From Eutreptiella sp. 'Long Island Sound 2002' (Eukaryota > Protista > Euglenida), in the NCBI GenBank assembly GCA_964036045.1, contig OZ038378.1:141112001-141176000 (forward strand): a DNA stretch of 64,000 bases. Direction: 5' to 3'. Numbering within the stretch: position 1 is the first letter of the stretch; each line of letters starts with the position of its first letter. The notes below the pieces were generated by a model. It searched no databases and was not told where the DNA came from. It saw only the letters and a list, made by a program, of their open reading frames with translations. A program made the translations under genes and the position numbers. Below are positions 1 to 10,985 of the stretch, piece after piece.

Positions 1-1365
1 CCATGCCCCCGAAATGGGCAAACGTTGTCCGCCCCCTCAACAAAAACGGGGACTGGGCCAACCCGGACAGCTGGCGCCTCATGGTATGCGTGGTCACGTA
101 GGTAAAAATCATATGTACTATCCTCGTACGTCCCATACACCACCACATCGACCCCCACATACCTGCCAGCCTCTAGGGCGCCACCCCAGGCATATCTCCA
201 CATGAGGCCATCTCCCTCCAACACACCGTCACCGACATGGACCCCATCTACCTCATCATCGCCTCCCTGGATGTCAAAGAAGCCTTTCCGAACACCCCCT
301 GGCTCCTCCTCAAGGCGGTGTGGAACCAATAGGGCCATCCCTTCTACAAATTCATCACCACGTACATCCGCACCCGTAGATCCGAACTCCGCACATGAGC
401 AGGCCTCACCCCCTTCCTGGACCCGGGCGGCCGAGTCCCCCAGGGTGGAGGAAAGGGACCCTTCCTCTGGCCCCGGTTGACACTCCCCCTGGCGCTCGCG
501 ATCGAACAGGATTACCTAGCGTTCGCACCCTACCCCCTCCTCTCCCCCTTGGTGGACTTCGCGGACGACACCAATCTCACGGTCGCACACGCCCCACACG
601 AACCCCACGCACCAAGAGCGCAACCCACCATCAACCAACAAACAAACGATTTGCTGACAGTGAACGTCACGTACCTCGCCTAGAATAACATCGTTGTCCA
701 CCCCACGAAGTCAGTCACCTTGATCAAAGGAGCCGCTACAACCCCCACTCTAGGCCCCAAGGCCCCCCCATGAACGTGGCGACGGCCACCACCCACCTAG
801 GGGTGGGCCAAACCACAGACCACAACAACATCACCCCCACCGCAACCCTAAAGTTACAATCAAATCTGGCCCACCCCCCACGGTACGCATGCCCGCCAAC
901 AAGATCACTCGCGATGTCCAAGTAAAGCGTGGCATGTTACCTCACAAGCGTGCTTAACGCCTCCATAGGCTTCCAAGCACTCCACCTGACACACCCCAAA
1001 ACCGCCCTCTAGCCAGCCACACGCGCGTTCACCAAGGCTCAGCGGCACACGGGGGGCAGCCCACTCTACATTCCCAGCCGCGCCATCCGGGCAGCATGGC
1101 CCCACTATAGGGACGCCATAGGAGACGAGGTGAAGGCAGCATGCACAAGACACACCGGCCTCCTCCTTCACCGCATGACGCATAACCACCCCCCGAAGAT
1201 CCGCGAACTCGCAACCATCAGACTCAGGACCAAACAAGCCCGCAATACATGCCCGCGCCGGATACTCCACCGAACGGTCATGCCTACTGATACCGGGAAA
1301 CCGCATCTGGAATCACATACAACGCCTATTCCCCACGCCACGCCACGCCATCCTCACTACCTGTG
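1..1365 (+). mobile_element. Decayed non-LTR retrotransposon (LINE) reverse transcriptase, copy 1
   Basis: Conceptual translation across stops gives KWANVVRPLNKNGD, ASLDVKEAFP, RVPQGGGKGPFL, LVDFADDTNL (FADD at 558-569) and IVVHPTKS, which are LINE RT subdomains in the correct order. In-frame stops and frameshifts are present. Confidence 0.9.
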
Positions 1366-1369
1366 TAAG

Positions 1370-2390
1370 GTATTGGTGGAAGAGTCTGTATCACGGCCAT
1401 TCGGGGAGTTGTAGGAAAGGCGTGTGATGTGCACCACCGTGGTAGAGGACCCTCATTTGTGGGAGTAACACATGTATTATGATCACAGAGGCGCCGACGA
1501 GTTCCACTGTGTCGATGCTGCCTTTGGGTTGGTAGTGGAGGTCCCCGCAGAGGATTGCAAGGGCCACTGTCTGCAGGCAGGTATGGTTGCCCAAGCCACT
1601 GGTAACGAGCTGCCGGACAGTAAGGATACGTGAGGGGCTCGTGTGTCAGGGCATGGGTCCCATCCAAGAGGGGGATCGAGACCCGCAGTCCTTGTGCTTG
1701 CCGGCGCGCCTTCGAGAGGACAAGGTCCATGATTGCCTCTTGGATACCCTGCCCCGGGGTGTTGAGGTCCCTAAGGGCCTGAACGGTGAGGGTTGTCGAG
1801 TGCTCGTGGAGGGGGTGTCTGCTCATAGAGAGGGAGGTGCTCCCGAAAGGGGGCAGAGTTCCCGATACGGAGGGGGGCTGCTCCAGATAAGGGCAGGGTT
1901 GCTTCCAAAAAAGGGGGGTCAGAGTGGTTGCAACCGCTGCGGGGGGGCTTGTGCTCTCGATTACGGGTGGCTTGCTCCCGATAAGGGGGTCATTCTCGTG
2001 ATAAGGAGATGGCGGTGGCTCCCAATAATGCGGGGCGAGTGCTCCCAAAAAAAGGGGAAGGTACGGCCGATGTTTGTGGGGCTACTTGTGATAATGGGGG
2101 GTGGGGGTGCTCTCCATCAGGGGGAGGGTTTCTTTAGATAATTCGGCGGCCCGGGGGGGGGGGGGGGGCTCCCAATGCCGCAGAAGGTTCTTCAACGAGG
2201 GGATGCGGATTCCTCGTGAAAAGGGGGTGATTGGTACCGATAAAGGGGGCAAGGAGGACAGGCATCTGGTATGTGGTACTTGGTTGGCCCGCCCAAGGCA
2301 CTAACACACCTAGAGGAGTCATACGAAAACTGGGGACACCCAACCATGAACAAACATGCTTCTCAAGCACTGTAAATACCTCGTTCTTCA
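1370..2390 (-). pseudogene. Pro-rich linker plus Ulp1/C48-like cysteine protease remnant, TE-derived, copy 1
   Basis: TTLTVQALRDLNTPGQGIQEAIMDLVL resembles the C48 start (lt..dl..L.pg.WLnD.ii). After a frameshift, VALAILCGDLHY resembles the iPi...HW catalytic His strand. Strand composition flips abruptly at ~1365. Confidence 0.4.
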
Positions 2391-3119
2391 TACAACAATA
2401 TAGAGTATATAAAGATTCTCCTTGACATAAACACTTTTCCGCACGATTTACTCACAGGCATTGCCATTGCGCAGTGGCTAGGATCAGTCCTTAACGCGGG
2501 ACGCGTCAACAGATGACGTGTCAATGATCACCCCGATGCAGCCGCGAAGATGCGCACAGGACACGGCTTGCTACACATTAATGTCGGTGGTTGTTATGCA
2601 CACTCCTTGATTCCCTTCCTACAATGTGCCCTGGGAAAGGCTGGGAGTTCGACAGCAGACAATGATACAAATGGTTTGGTTTACCTTATTGCAAAAACCT
2701 GGAGGTTGGTGTCCCACATTAACAATTCAACCAAGTGCAATAGAACAATAAAGAGTAGGCTAATTAACCTGAACCTCAGGTGGGCCTAGGGGGGCAGCAG
2801 GTGGCGACACCCTGCGCTGTTGGGGGCCACCAAAAGCTGGGTTCCATGGTAAGGGTGAGGGGGCACTCCATTATTTGGTAGTGGGGGGAGGGTGCATGGA
2901 TGGGCTGCATAGGAAGGACCAAGAAGGTGTTGCTCCCGATATTGGGAGGAGTGTTGGTCGCTCCCTGTAAAGGGAAAAAAATGCTAAGGACAAGGGCTGG
3001 AGCTCCTCCGGATGAGGGGGATAGTTGTTGCTCTTGAGAGCGGCGTGGAAGTTGCTTGCACATACGTCCTCTGTAGGCATTTTATTTAAAGATTAGTGCG
3101 TACTTTTTAGCGTTTCTGC

Positions 3120-3630
3120 TATGACTTACTAGTTCCGGTCTCACAAAGAAAGACCGTGCGTTGTACAATCAAAAGGTGGGTCTCTTTGGCACATGTGTGG
3201 TCCTTTGCACATGCCATGGGTGTTAAGGTTGAGGATCTTTTCATTTTCACGGTCTGTAGGTGGAAATGCTGGGGGTGGTGGGCGGCAAGCTCAGTGTTGC
3301 GTAGCTTTGCGCCAGGGGGGACCAGCGGACCTTGCCGCATGCGCCCACCCCTCGCAACCCCACGCATGTCCCCCGGCCGAAGAAGCCGGAATACTCAAAG
3401 AGTAAAGCGGACAAGGGAGGCTAGCACCCCGCAACTGCAAGTATCCGGGGCAATGCGCAGCCATTGGAGGCATGGATGCAGGCGAAACAACCGCGCGGGG
3501 AGGTAATTTTGGCATTAATGTTCTCATGGCACCACACACAAAACTTTGGTCCCCAGAATTGGAAAGCCTCTTGGACGAAATGACACAAAAGTGCATGAAC
3601 AAACTTATGCGCACATGCGCCACCATTTAG
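3120..3630 (+). mobile_element. RAG1/Transib-like transposase C-terminal fragment, copy 1
   Basis: Frameshifted translation gives CGPLH..MGVKVE and ASIRGNAQPL, in the same order as the LH motif and MNGNFARKL of RAG1-type enzymes. Confidence 0.4.
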
Positions 3631-3635
3631 ACCCT

Positions 3636-5270
3636 TGGCTCACAAGGCCATACGACCCATGAGCGACGCTGGCCACCGCACCATCACCACGGTGCAGCGA
3701 AACGATGGCTCCCTCACTAGCGAACCTACCGCCATATTCCAAGCCACCCAAGACAGCTTCCTCCGTCAACACACTCCAACCCAGGAAGCGCTAGACCCAA
3801 ACAGCCAGCACAAAGTCACTTGCCCCCTCCGGATCCTCAACCACGCCCAACGCAAGAAGATAGAGAAGCACCCTTTCGCAATCCAAGAAGTGCAGAAAGC
3901 CATGTGAAACCTCCGACAACACAAAACCCAAGGCTACGACGGCCTCCCAGCGGAGGCGTACTACCACCTCCCCGCCCACCTCCTCCGCCTCCTTGCCCAA
4001 CGACTGTGCAGCATCATCACCGGACGAGTCCCCATGCCCCCGAAATGGGCAAACATTGTCCGCCCCCTCAACAAAAACGGGGACTAGGCCAACCCGGACA
4101 GCTGGCGCCTCATGGTATGCGTGGTCACGTAGGTAAAAATCATATGTACTATCCTCGTACGTCCCATACCTCATCATCGCCTCCCTACATGTCAAAGAAG
4201 CCTTTCCCAACACCCCCTGGCTCCTCCTCAAGGCGGTATGGAACCAACAGGGCCATCCCTTCTACAAATTCATCACCACGTACATCCGCACCCGTAGATC
4301 CGAACACCGCAGATGAGCAGGCCTCACCCCCTTCCTGGACCCGGGCGGCCGAGTCCCCCAGGGTGGAGGAAAGGGACCCTTCCTCTGGCCCCGGGTGACA
4401 CTCCCCCTGGCGCTCGCGATCGAACAGGATTACCTAGCGTTCGCACCCTGCCTCCTTGGTGGACTTCGCGGACGACACCAATCTCACGGTCGCACACGCC
4501 CCACACGAACCCCACGCACCAAGAGCGCCACCCACCATCAACCAACAAACAAACGATTTGCTGACAGTGAACGTCACGTACCTCGCCTAGAATAACCTCG
4601 TTGTCCACCCCACGAAGTCAGTCACCCTGATCAAAGGAGCCGCTACAAACCCCACCCTAGGCCCCCAAGGCCCCCCCATGAACGTGGCGACGGCCACCAC
4701 CCACCTAGGGGTGGGCCAAACCACAGACCACAACAACATCACCCCCACCGCAACCCCAAAGTTACAATCAAATCTGGCCCACCCCCCACGGTACGCATGC
4801 CCGCCAACAAGATCACTCGCGATGTCCAAGTAAAGCGTGGCATGTTACCTCACAAGCGTGCTTAACGCCTCCATAGGCTTCCAAGCACTCCACCTGACAC
4901 ACCCCAAAACCGCCCTCTAGCCAGCCACACGCGCGTTCACCAAGGCTCGGCGGCACACGGGGGGCGGCCCACCCCCATACCCAGCCGCGCCATCCGGGCA
5001 GCATGGCCCCACTATAGGGACGCCATAGGAGACGAGGTGAAGGCAGCATGCACAAGACACACCGCCCTCCTCCTTCACCGCATGACGCATAACCACTCCC
5101 CGAAGATCCGAGAACTCGCAACCATCAGACTCAGGGCCAAACAAGCCCGCAATACATGCCCGCGCTGGATACTCCACCGAACGGTCATGCCTACCGATAC
5201 CGGTAACCGCATCTGGAATCACCTACAACGCCTATTCCGCACGCCACACCACGCCATCCTCACTACCTGT
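3636..5270 (+). mobile_element. Decayed LINE ORF2 (pre-RT region plus RT), copy 2
   Basis: FAIQEVQKAM*NLRQHKTQGYDGLPAEAYYHLP (the K-x-x-G-x-DG-x-P-x-E motif of RT domain 0), followed by the same PQG and FADD motifs as copy 1. Confidence 0.9.
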
Positions 5271-5274
5271 GTGA

Positions 5275-6295
5275 GGTATTGGTGGAAGAGTCTGTATCAC
5301 GGCCATTCGGGGAGTTGTAGGAAAGGCGTGTGATGTGCACCACCGTGGTAGAGGACCCTCATTTGTGGGAGTAACACATGTATTATGATCACAGAGGCGC
5401 CGACGAGTTCCACTGTGTCGATGCTGCCTTTGGGTTGGTAGTGGAGGTCCCCGCAGAGGACTGCAAGGGCCACTGTCTGCAGGCAGGTATGGTTGCCCAA
5501 GCCACTGGTAACGAGCTGCCGGACAGTAAGGATACGTGACGGGCTCGTGTGTCAGGGCATGGGTCCCGTCCAAGAGGGGGATCGAGACCCGCAGTCCTTG
5601 TGCTTGCCGGCGCGCCTTCGAGAGGACAAGGTCCATGATTGCCTCGTGGATACCCTGCCCCGGGGTGTTGAGGTCCCTAAGGGCCTGAACGGTGAGGGTT
5701 GTCGAGTGCTCGTGGAGGGGGTGTCTGCTCATAGAGAGGGAGGTGCTCCCGAAAGGGGGCAGAGTTCCCGATACGGAGGGGGGCTGCTCCAGATAAGGGC
5801 AGGGTTGCTTCCAAAAAAGGGGGGTCAGAGTGGTTGCAACCGCTGCGGGGGGGCTTGTGCTCTTGATTACGGGTGGCTTGCTCCCGATAAGGGGGTCATT
5901 CTTGTGATAAGGAGATGGCGGTGGCTCCCAATAATGCGGGGCGAGTGCTCCCATAAAAAGGGGAAGTTACGGCCGATGTTTGTGGGGCTACTTGTGATAA
6001 TGGGGCGTGGGGGTGCTCTCCATCAGGGGGAGGGTTTCTTTAGATAATTCGGCGGCCCGGGGGGGGGGGGGGCTCCCAATGCCGCGGAAGGTTCTACAAC
6101 GAGGGGATGCGGATTCCTCGTGAAAAGGGGGTGATTGGTACCGATAAAGGGGGCAAGGAGGACAGGCATCTGGTAAGTGGTATTTGGTTGGCCCGCCCAA
6201 GGCACCAACACACCTAGAGGAGTCATACGAAAACTGGGGACACCCAACGATGAACAGACATGCTTCTCAAGCACTGTAAATACCTCGTTCTTCAT
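5275..6295 (-). pseudogene. Pro-rich linker plus Ulp1/C48-like protease remnant, copy 2
   Basis: Near-identical to 1370-2390 (ORFs 5232..5954 and 5297..5500). Confidence 0.4.
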
Positions 6296-7023
6296 AAAAA
6301 AATATAGAGTATATAAAGATTCTCCTTGACATAAACACTTTTCCGCACGATTTACTCACAGGCATTGCCATTGCGCAGTGGCTAGGATCAGTCCTTAACG
6401 CGGGACATGTCAACAGATGACGTGTCAATGATCACCCCCGATGCAGCCGAGAAGATGCGCACAGGACACGGCTTGCTACATATTAATGTCGGTGGTTGTT
6501 ATGCACAATGCTTGATTCGCTTCCTACAATGTGCCCTGGGAAAGGCTGGGAGTTCGACAGCAGACAATGATACAAATGGTTTGGTTTACCTTATTGCAAA
6601 AACCTGGAGGTTGGTGTCCCACATTAACAATTCAACCAAGTGCAATAGAACAATAAAGAGTAGGCTAATTAACCTCAACCTCAGGTGGGCCTAGGGGGGC
6701 AGCAGGTGGCGACACCCTGCGCTGTTGGGGGCCACAAAAAGCCGGGTTCCATGGGAGGGTGAGGGGGCACTCCATCATTTTGGTAGTGGGGGAAGGGTGC
6801 ATGGATGGACTGCATAGGAAGGACCAAGAAAGTGTTGCTCCCGATATTGGGAGGAGTGTTGGTCGCTCCCTGTAAAGGGAAAAAATTGCTAAGGACAAGG
6901 GCTGGAGCTCCTTCGGATGAGGGGGATAGTTGTTGCTCTTGAGAGCGGCGTGGAAGTTGCTTGCACATACGTCCTCTGTAGGCATTTTATTTAAAGATTA
7001 GTGCGTACTTTTTAGCGTTTCTG

Positions 7024-7535
7024 CTATGACTTACTAGTTCCAATCTCACAAAGAAAGACCGTGCGTTGTACAATCAAAAGGTGGGTCTCTTTGGCACATG
7101 TGTGGTCCTTTGCACATGCCATGAGGGTCAAGGTTGAGTATCTTTTCATTTTCACGGTCTGTAGGTGGAAATGCTGGGGGTGGTGGGCGGCAAGCTCGGT
7201 GCTGCGTAGCTTTGCGCCAGGGGGGACTAGCGGACCTTGCCGCATGCGCCCACCCCTCGCAACCCCACGCACGTCCCCCGGCCGAAGAAGCCGGAATTCT
7301 CAAAGAGTAAAGCGGACAAGGGAGGCTCGCACCCCGCAACTGCAAGTATCCGGGGCAATGCGCAGCCATTGGAGGCATGGATGCAGGCGGAACAACCGCG
7401 CGGGGACGTAATTTTAGCGTTAATGTTGTCATGGCACCACATACAAAACTTTGGTTCCCAGAATTGGAAATCCTCTTGGACGAAATGACATAAAAGTGCA
7501 TGAACCAACTTATGCGCACGTGTGCCACCATTCAC
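7024..7535 (+). mobile_element. RAG1/Transib-like transposase C-terminal fragment, copy 2
   Basis: ORF 7237..7488 reads ATASIRGNAQPLEAWMQAEQPRGDVILALMLSWHHIQNF, comparable to RAG1 RMNGNFARKL...LRELMDLYLKMKPVW. Upstream CGPLH..MRVKVEYLF. Confidence 0.45.
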
Positions 7536-8749
7536 ACCCTTGGCTCACCCTAGCGAGTGACAATGGTGAATAGAGTGGAGCGAATGAGGGTATGATTAGG
7601 CGTCTTGTGCACAGGTGGGGGGCAAAATCAAAGGAGCTTTGGCTCTCTTTTTTGGCCCTTCCCCTTGCCTCTCTTCCTTGCGTCTAGCGCAACCTTGAGT
7701 TTGCTCGTAACCACACCTAGCCCTAGGTAGTTCATCCGGCAAGGTGAGAACTGCATGCATGCTCGTCTTGGTTCAGGCAAGCTTTTGGTACAATGACTCC
7801 AGTGTGTTTCGCCGAATTCGATTTTGTTGCGCCGCACTTCGCTTGCCTCGGCGGTGGAGAGAGTGGGAGACACTATCCTTGCAAATAGGCCACTCTGCCA
7901 TGGGCTTGCAGGTGTGAGATTGCTATGTGATGTTATGAATTCAATGCAATGCAGCTGTGAGGGAGTTATGATACAAGTAAGATGCAATGGGCAAAAACAG
8001 CTGAAGCTGCAGAAGAAGAGGAAAGGACAGAGGTGTGATAAGGATGAAACATACTAAGAATGCGGATACATTGATTGGTTGATGCATGTAATGTGGCATG
8101 ATAACGGACGGTGATAGAGAAAACTGACATAAGGTTAGCGAGGCGTGGCGGCATGGGGGGGATGTGAAAAACGGAAGAGGAAAGGGTGGCCACTCTGCAA
8201 TTGGTTTCGCCGTATGAAACTGCTTTGAGAGATTTCCCTTGCGGATATCAACGTGTGAATTTGCGCGGTGGTCCCTTGCCGTCTTCGTTCCACCGTTTTC
8301 TTCACTCTGCACCTTTTGCTGTGTAATATGCTTGTGGGCTGTAGCTCATACCTTCCATTTTATTCTCAAGAGTCGAAAGCCATGCTTGCCAATTGGAGCA
8401 AGCGGTGAGCAACTACCCATCGGGGGGCTTTGAACACGTTAATTGATGGTGGAATCTCTGCTACTAAAATATAGAAGAACATTCTGCCACCCGTGAATTC
8501 AACAGTGTTGCTCGAGAGACTTGGCTCAAAGAGACGCAAAAGTATACAAAAGCAACATGGAATTGCCAATCATATCGCCTTCTGAGCCGAGGGTTGGGCA
8601 TATCTTTGGCTACATAGCTCAAAGAGCGACTCGGAGGGCACCTAGTCCACCCGCAACCCCCCACTTTTGGTGGTTTCCACCCCTCAGAATTGCCCAAACG
8701 GACGCCTAAAACCCATATGTAGCCCAAGAAGGCCGCGGCAGGCTGCAAG

Positions 8750-9050
8750 CTCAAGCCCAAATAGGTGGATGCCCAAATGGCTCAAAAGGGTGCAATAGGG
8801 GCAAAAAATGACTTTTGTCAAAAAATGATCCTTCACCATGAGTGATGCTAAGACACGTGCTTTTGGACTGTTTTGAGCTTGTGGTGGCCCATTTCTGGTC
8901 CTCGGAAATCCCAAAGTGGCTCAAAAATGGGCTATTTTGGGACCAAAAATGGGTCAAAAATGGGTCAAAAACACATTTTTCCAAAACTCATCTTGGACCA
9001 TTTGGGGTGCACAAACGGGTGAAATGAGCCAATTTTGAGCCCACTTTGGA
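8750..9050 (+). repeat. Dispersed repeat with AAAAATGGGTC subunits
   Basis: AAAAACACATTTTTCCAAAA...GGACCATTTGGG...TTTTGAGCCC is homologous to 63262-63500 and has an internal ~150 bp subunit structure. Confidence 0.75.
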
Positions 9051-10312
9051 GCTTCTTGCGCCCTAGTATCTATTGCAGCTATGGTGTCATTGTTTCGGCC
9101 CTCCTTGATATATTTGGTGTTACTCATACGGTGACAAGGCAAAATAAGACCACAAACATGTTGGCACTTGTGTGCGTAATGCGTTATTGTTGCCAGTATT
9201 TAGGCATTTGTTCATTGTGGTGCGTCAAGCATCAATCCATACGATCTTGGCAAATTTCCTTTTCCTGCACCCTGCTACATGTGCAATATGACCATTTGAC
9301 AATGAACTTTTTTTGTAGAATACAAGATGCAGTGGGGGAAACATATGGAATAAGGATAAATTGATATTCAGATGGGAACATATCACCACCAATCCTATTA
9401 TATACATTGGGATATGATACACCATGGCAGCAGACACAAACAAGCATGATTGTTACATTTTATTTTGAATGTATGCCCAATCAAATATGCCTTCAAAAAA
9501 ACAAGAAAACACATATTAGGATAAGCAGCATGGAGATTTGGGTATGTATGTTGATGCCTTGTCTGCAATTTTTGCACGATATGAACCTTTGGGCTCACAT
9601 CCTTAAGTGTTGATTGAAGATTCCACTTCCAGGGATGCCTATAGTCAGGAAAGTAATGGTGCCTAGGCCACATCTAAGGCCGGTAGGGTAAAACGGTATA
9701 TTCCGTAAGGATTGTACACAGGAGGAGAACATATCAAAGGCACAGGCCCCAATTCTCAATAAGTTGTCATGTTTTCCTAACTTGGAGGCAAGTGCGCGCG
9801 CTTGTGTGGTTGGCGGCGGCGGCGGCACGAGGCCTCTTTAAGGACCTATGCAATCAACATAACTCTTACAAACAAGGCGGGGAGATGTATGCAAAAACAA
9901 AACTTTTCTAATTCTCCCGCCTATCGTAAAAAACATTCAACTTTTGCCCGTTTTCAAAATGGAAGTTCATTTACACTAGGCCCTTTGTATATACCTCAGA
10001 TTCTCAATATGTGGTTTTGAACACCAAGAATGCTCGTTCATCCTGGAAGAGTACCTGCGCCAGGCGCACGCGCACGGTGTGCGACTTTTCCACCGTGTTT
10101 ACGCGTAAGCGACTAGCTTTGACTTATCGCCCCAAAAAATGGCCCCTAAGGTGAGATAATCCTTGGGTAGCACACTTGGGCAAACATCCCTCCTACCCTT
10201 AATGGTAGCAGAAGTGAAACGGAACCTCAACACATTCATATGTCGTGCTTCATTAATTCGTGTGCACATGTGTGGGCGCCTTAGCAACATCATCAACAAT
10301 GTAAATGGCGGG

Positions 10313-10985
10313 CTACTGCGGATGGGCCACCAATTCATCCCCACATGTGTGGGTGCCCAAGTAGTTACCGCAATAATGCAAATGACATGCATCACACTGA
10401 AAAAGAAATGATTCACGCATGCAACAGATTGCACACCCATCACCATCGTCCCCTTCATCATCGACCACAATCTCTTCTTGTACATTGCCCCAAACATGGG
10501 GGGGGCACATGCGTCCAAGGGCCTCAAGGGGGGTAGCAAACCTAGCGACAAATACAAAAGTGGGTGGGGTGCAAAAACACGCGGAAAGATTTGTGAAGGG
10601 TGGCCCCATGCGCCTCCAAATATTGCGCACTAGACCCCGGTGCCACAAACGGCCAAACAAATGCTCCACCCTAGCCCTATAACATGCATGGACGTTGTCA
10701 TATTCCTATTGCCTCTTTGTGAGGTTACTGCTCCCGATGGAAGGCACAACGGTGTGTATGTGGCATTGACAACCACTATCATTAGCACCAAGTTCATGAC
10801 CTTTGAAATGAACCTTGGCCAATTGCGGACCTGCGCGATCTTAAACAAGGACATTTGCGGAGTTTCCAGGTGCAAGGGGACATATCTGGACAATCGGCTA
10901 ACGAGCGCTATTGCAACGCCACCCCTGCCTTTAAGTATTCCACATAGTGGAAAGATGTTTCTTAAACTTCATAAAAACTGCCTTG
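10313..10985 (-). mobile_element. Decayed IS5-family (PIF/Harbinger/ISL2EU-like) DDE transposase with C-terminal AN1-like Zn finger
   Basis: Translation through stops gives YLKAGVA/CNSAR*PIVQICPLAPGNSANVLV...HELGANDSGC...NLTKRQ*EYDNVHACYRARVEHLFGRLW, matching the DDE_Tnp_4 motifs PG..D, E..l.D.GY and N..h...R..VE..FGRL. It is followed by CAICCMRESFLFQCDACHLHYCGNYLGTHTC. The 5' part is replaced by satellite. Confidence 0.75.

Larger units (their letters stand above)
1..7548. repeat. Tandem duplication of a ~3.9 kb composite unit (copy 1 runs off the window start to ~3645; copy 2 is ~3646-7548)
   Basis: Paired near-identical ORFs sit at offsets of ~3905 (1326/5232, 1587/5493, 3119/7024). Position 1 matches 4032. 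Both copies end at CCCTTGGCTCAC (~3645 and ~7548). Copy 2 lacks ~120 bp near 4168. Confidence 0.95.

Noticed and set aside
1587-2141. 184 aa plus-strand ORF and its copy at 5493..6047
   Set aside because: Antisense shadow of the minus-strand protease-like sequence.
7560-10100. Short ORFs such as 7628..7987(-) and 9035..9364(+)
   Set aside because: No recognisable motifs, codon bias or consistent splice signals.
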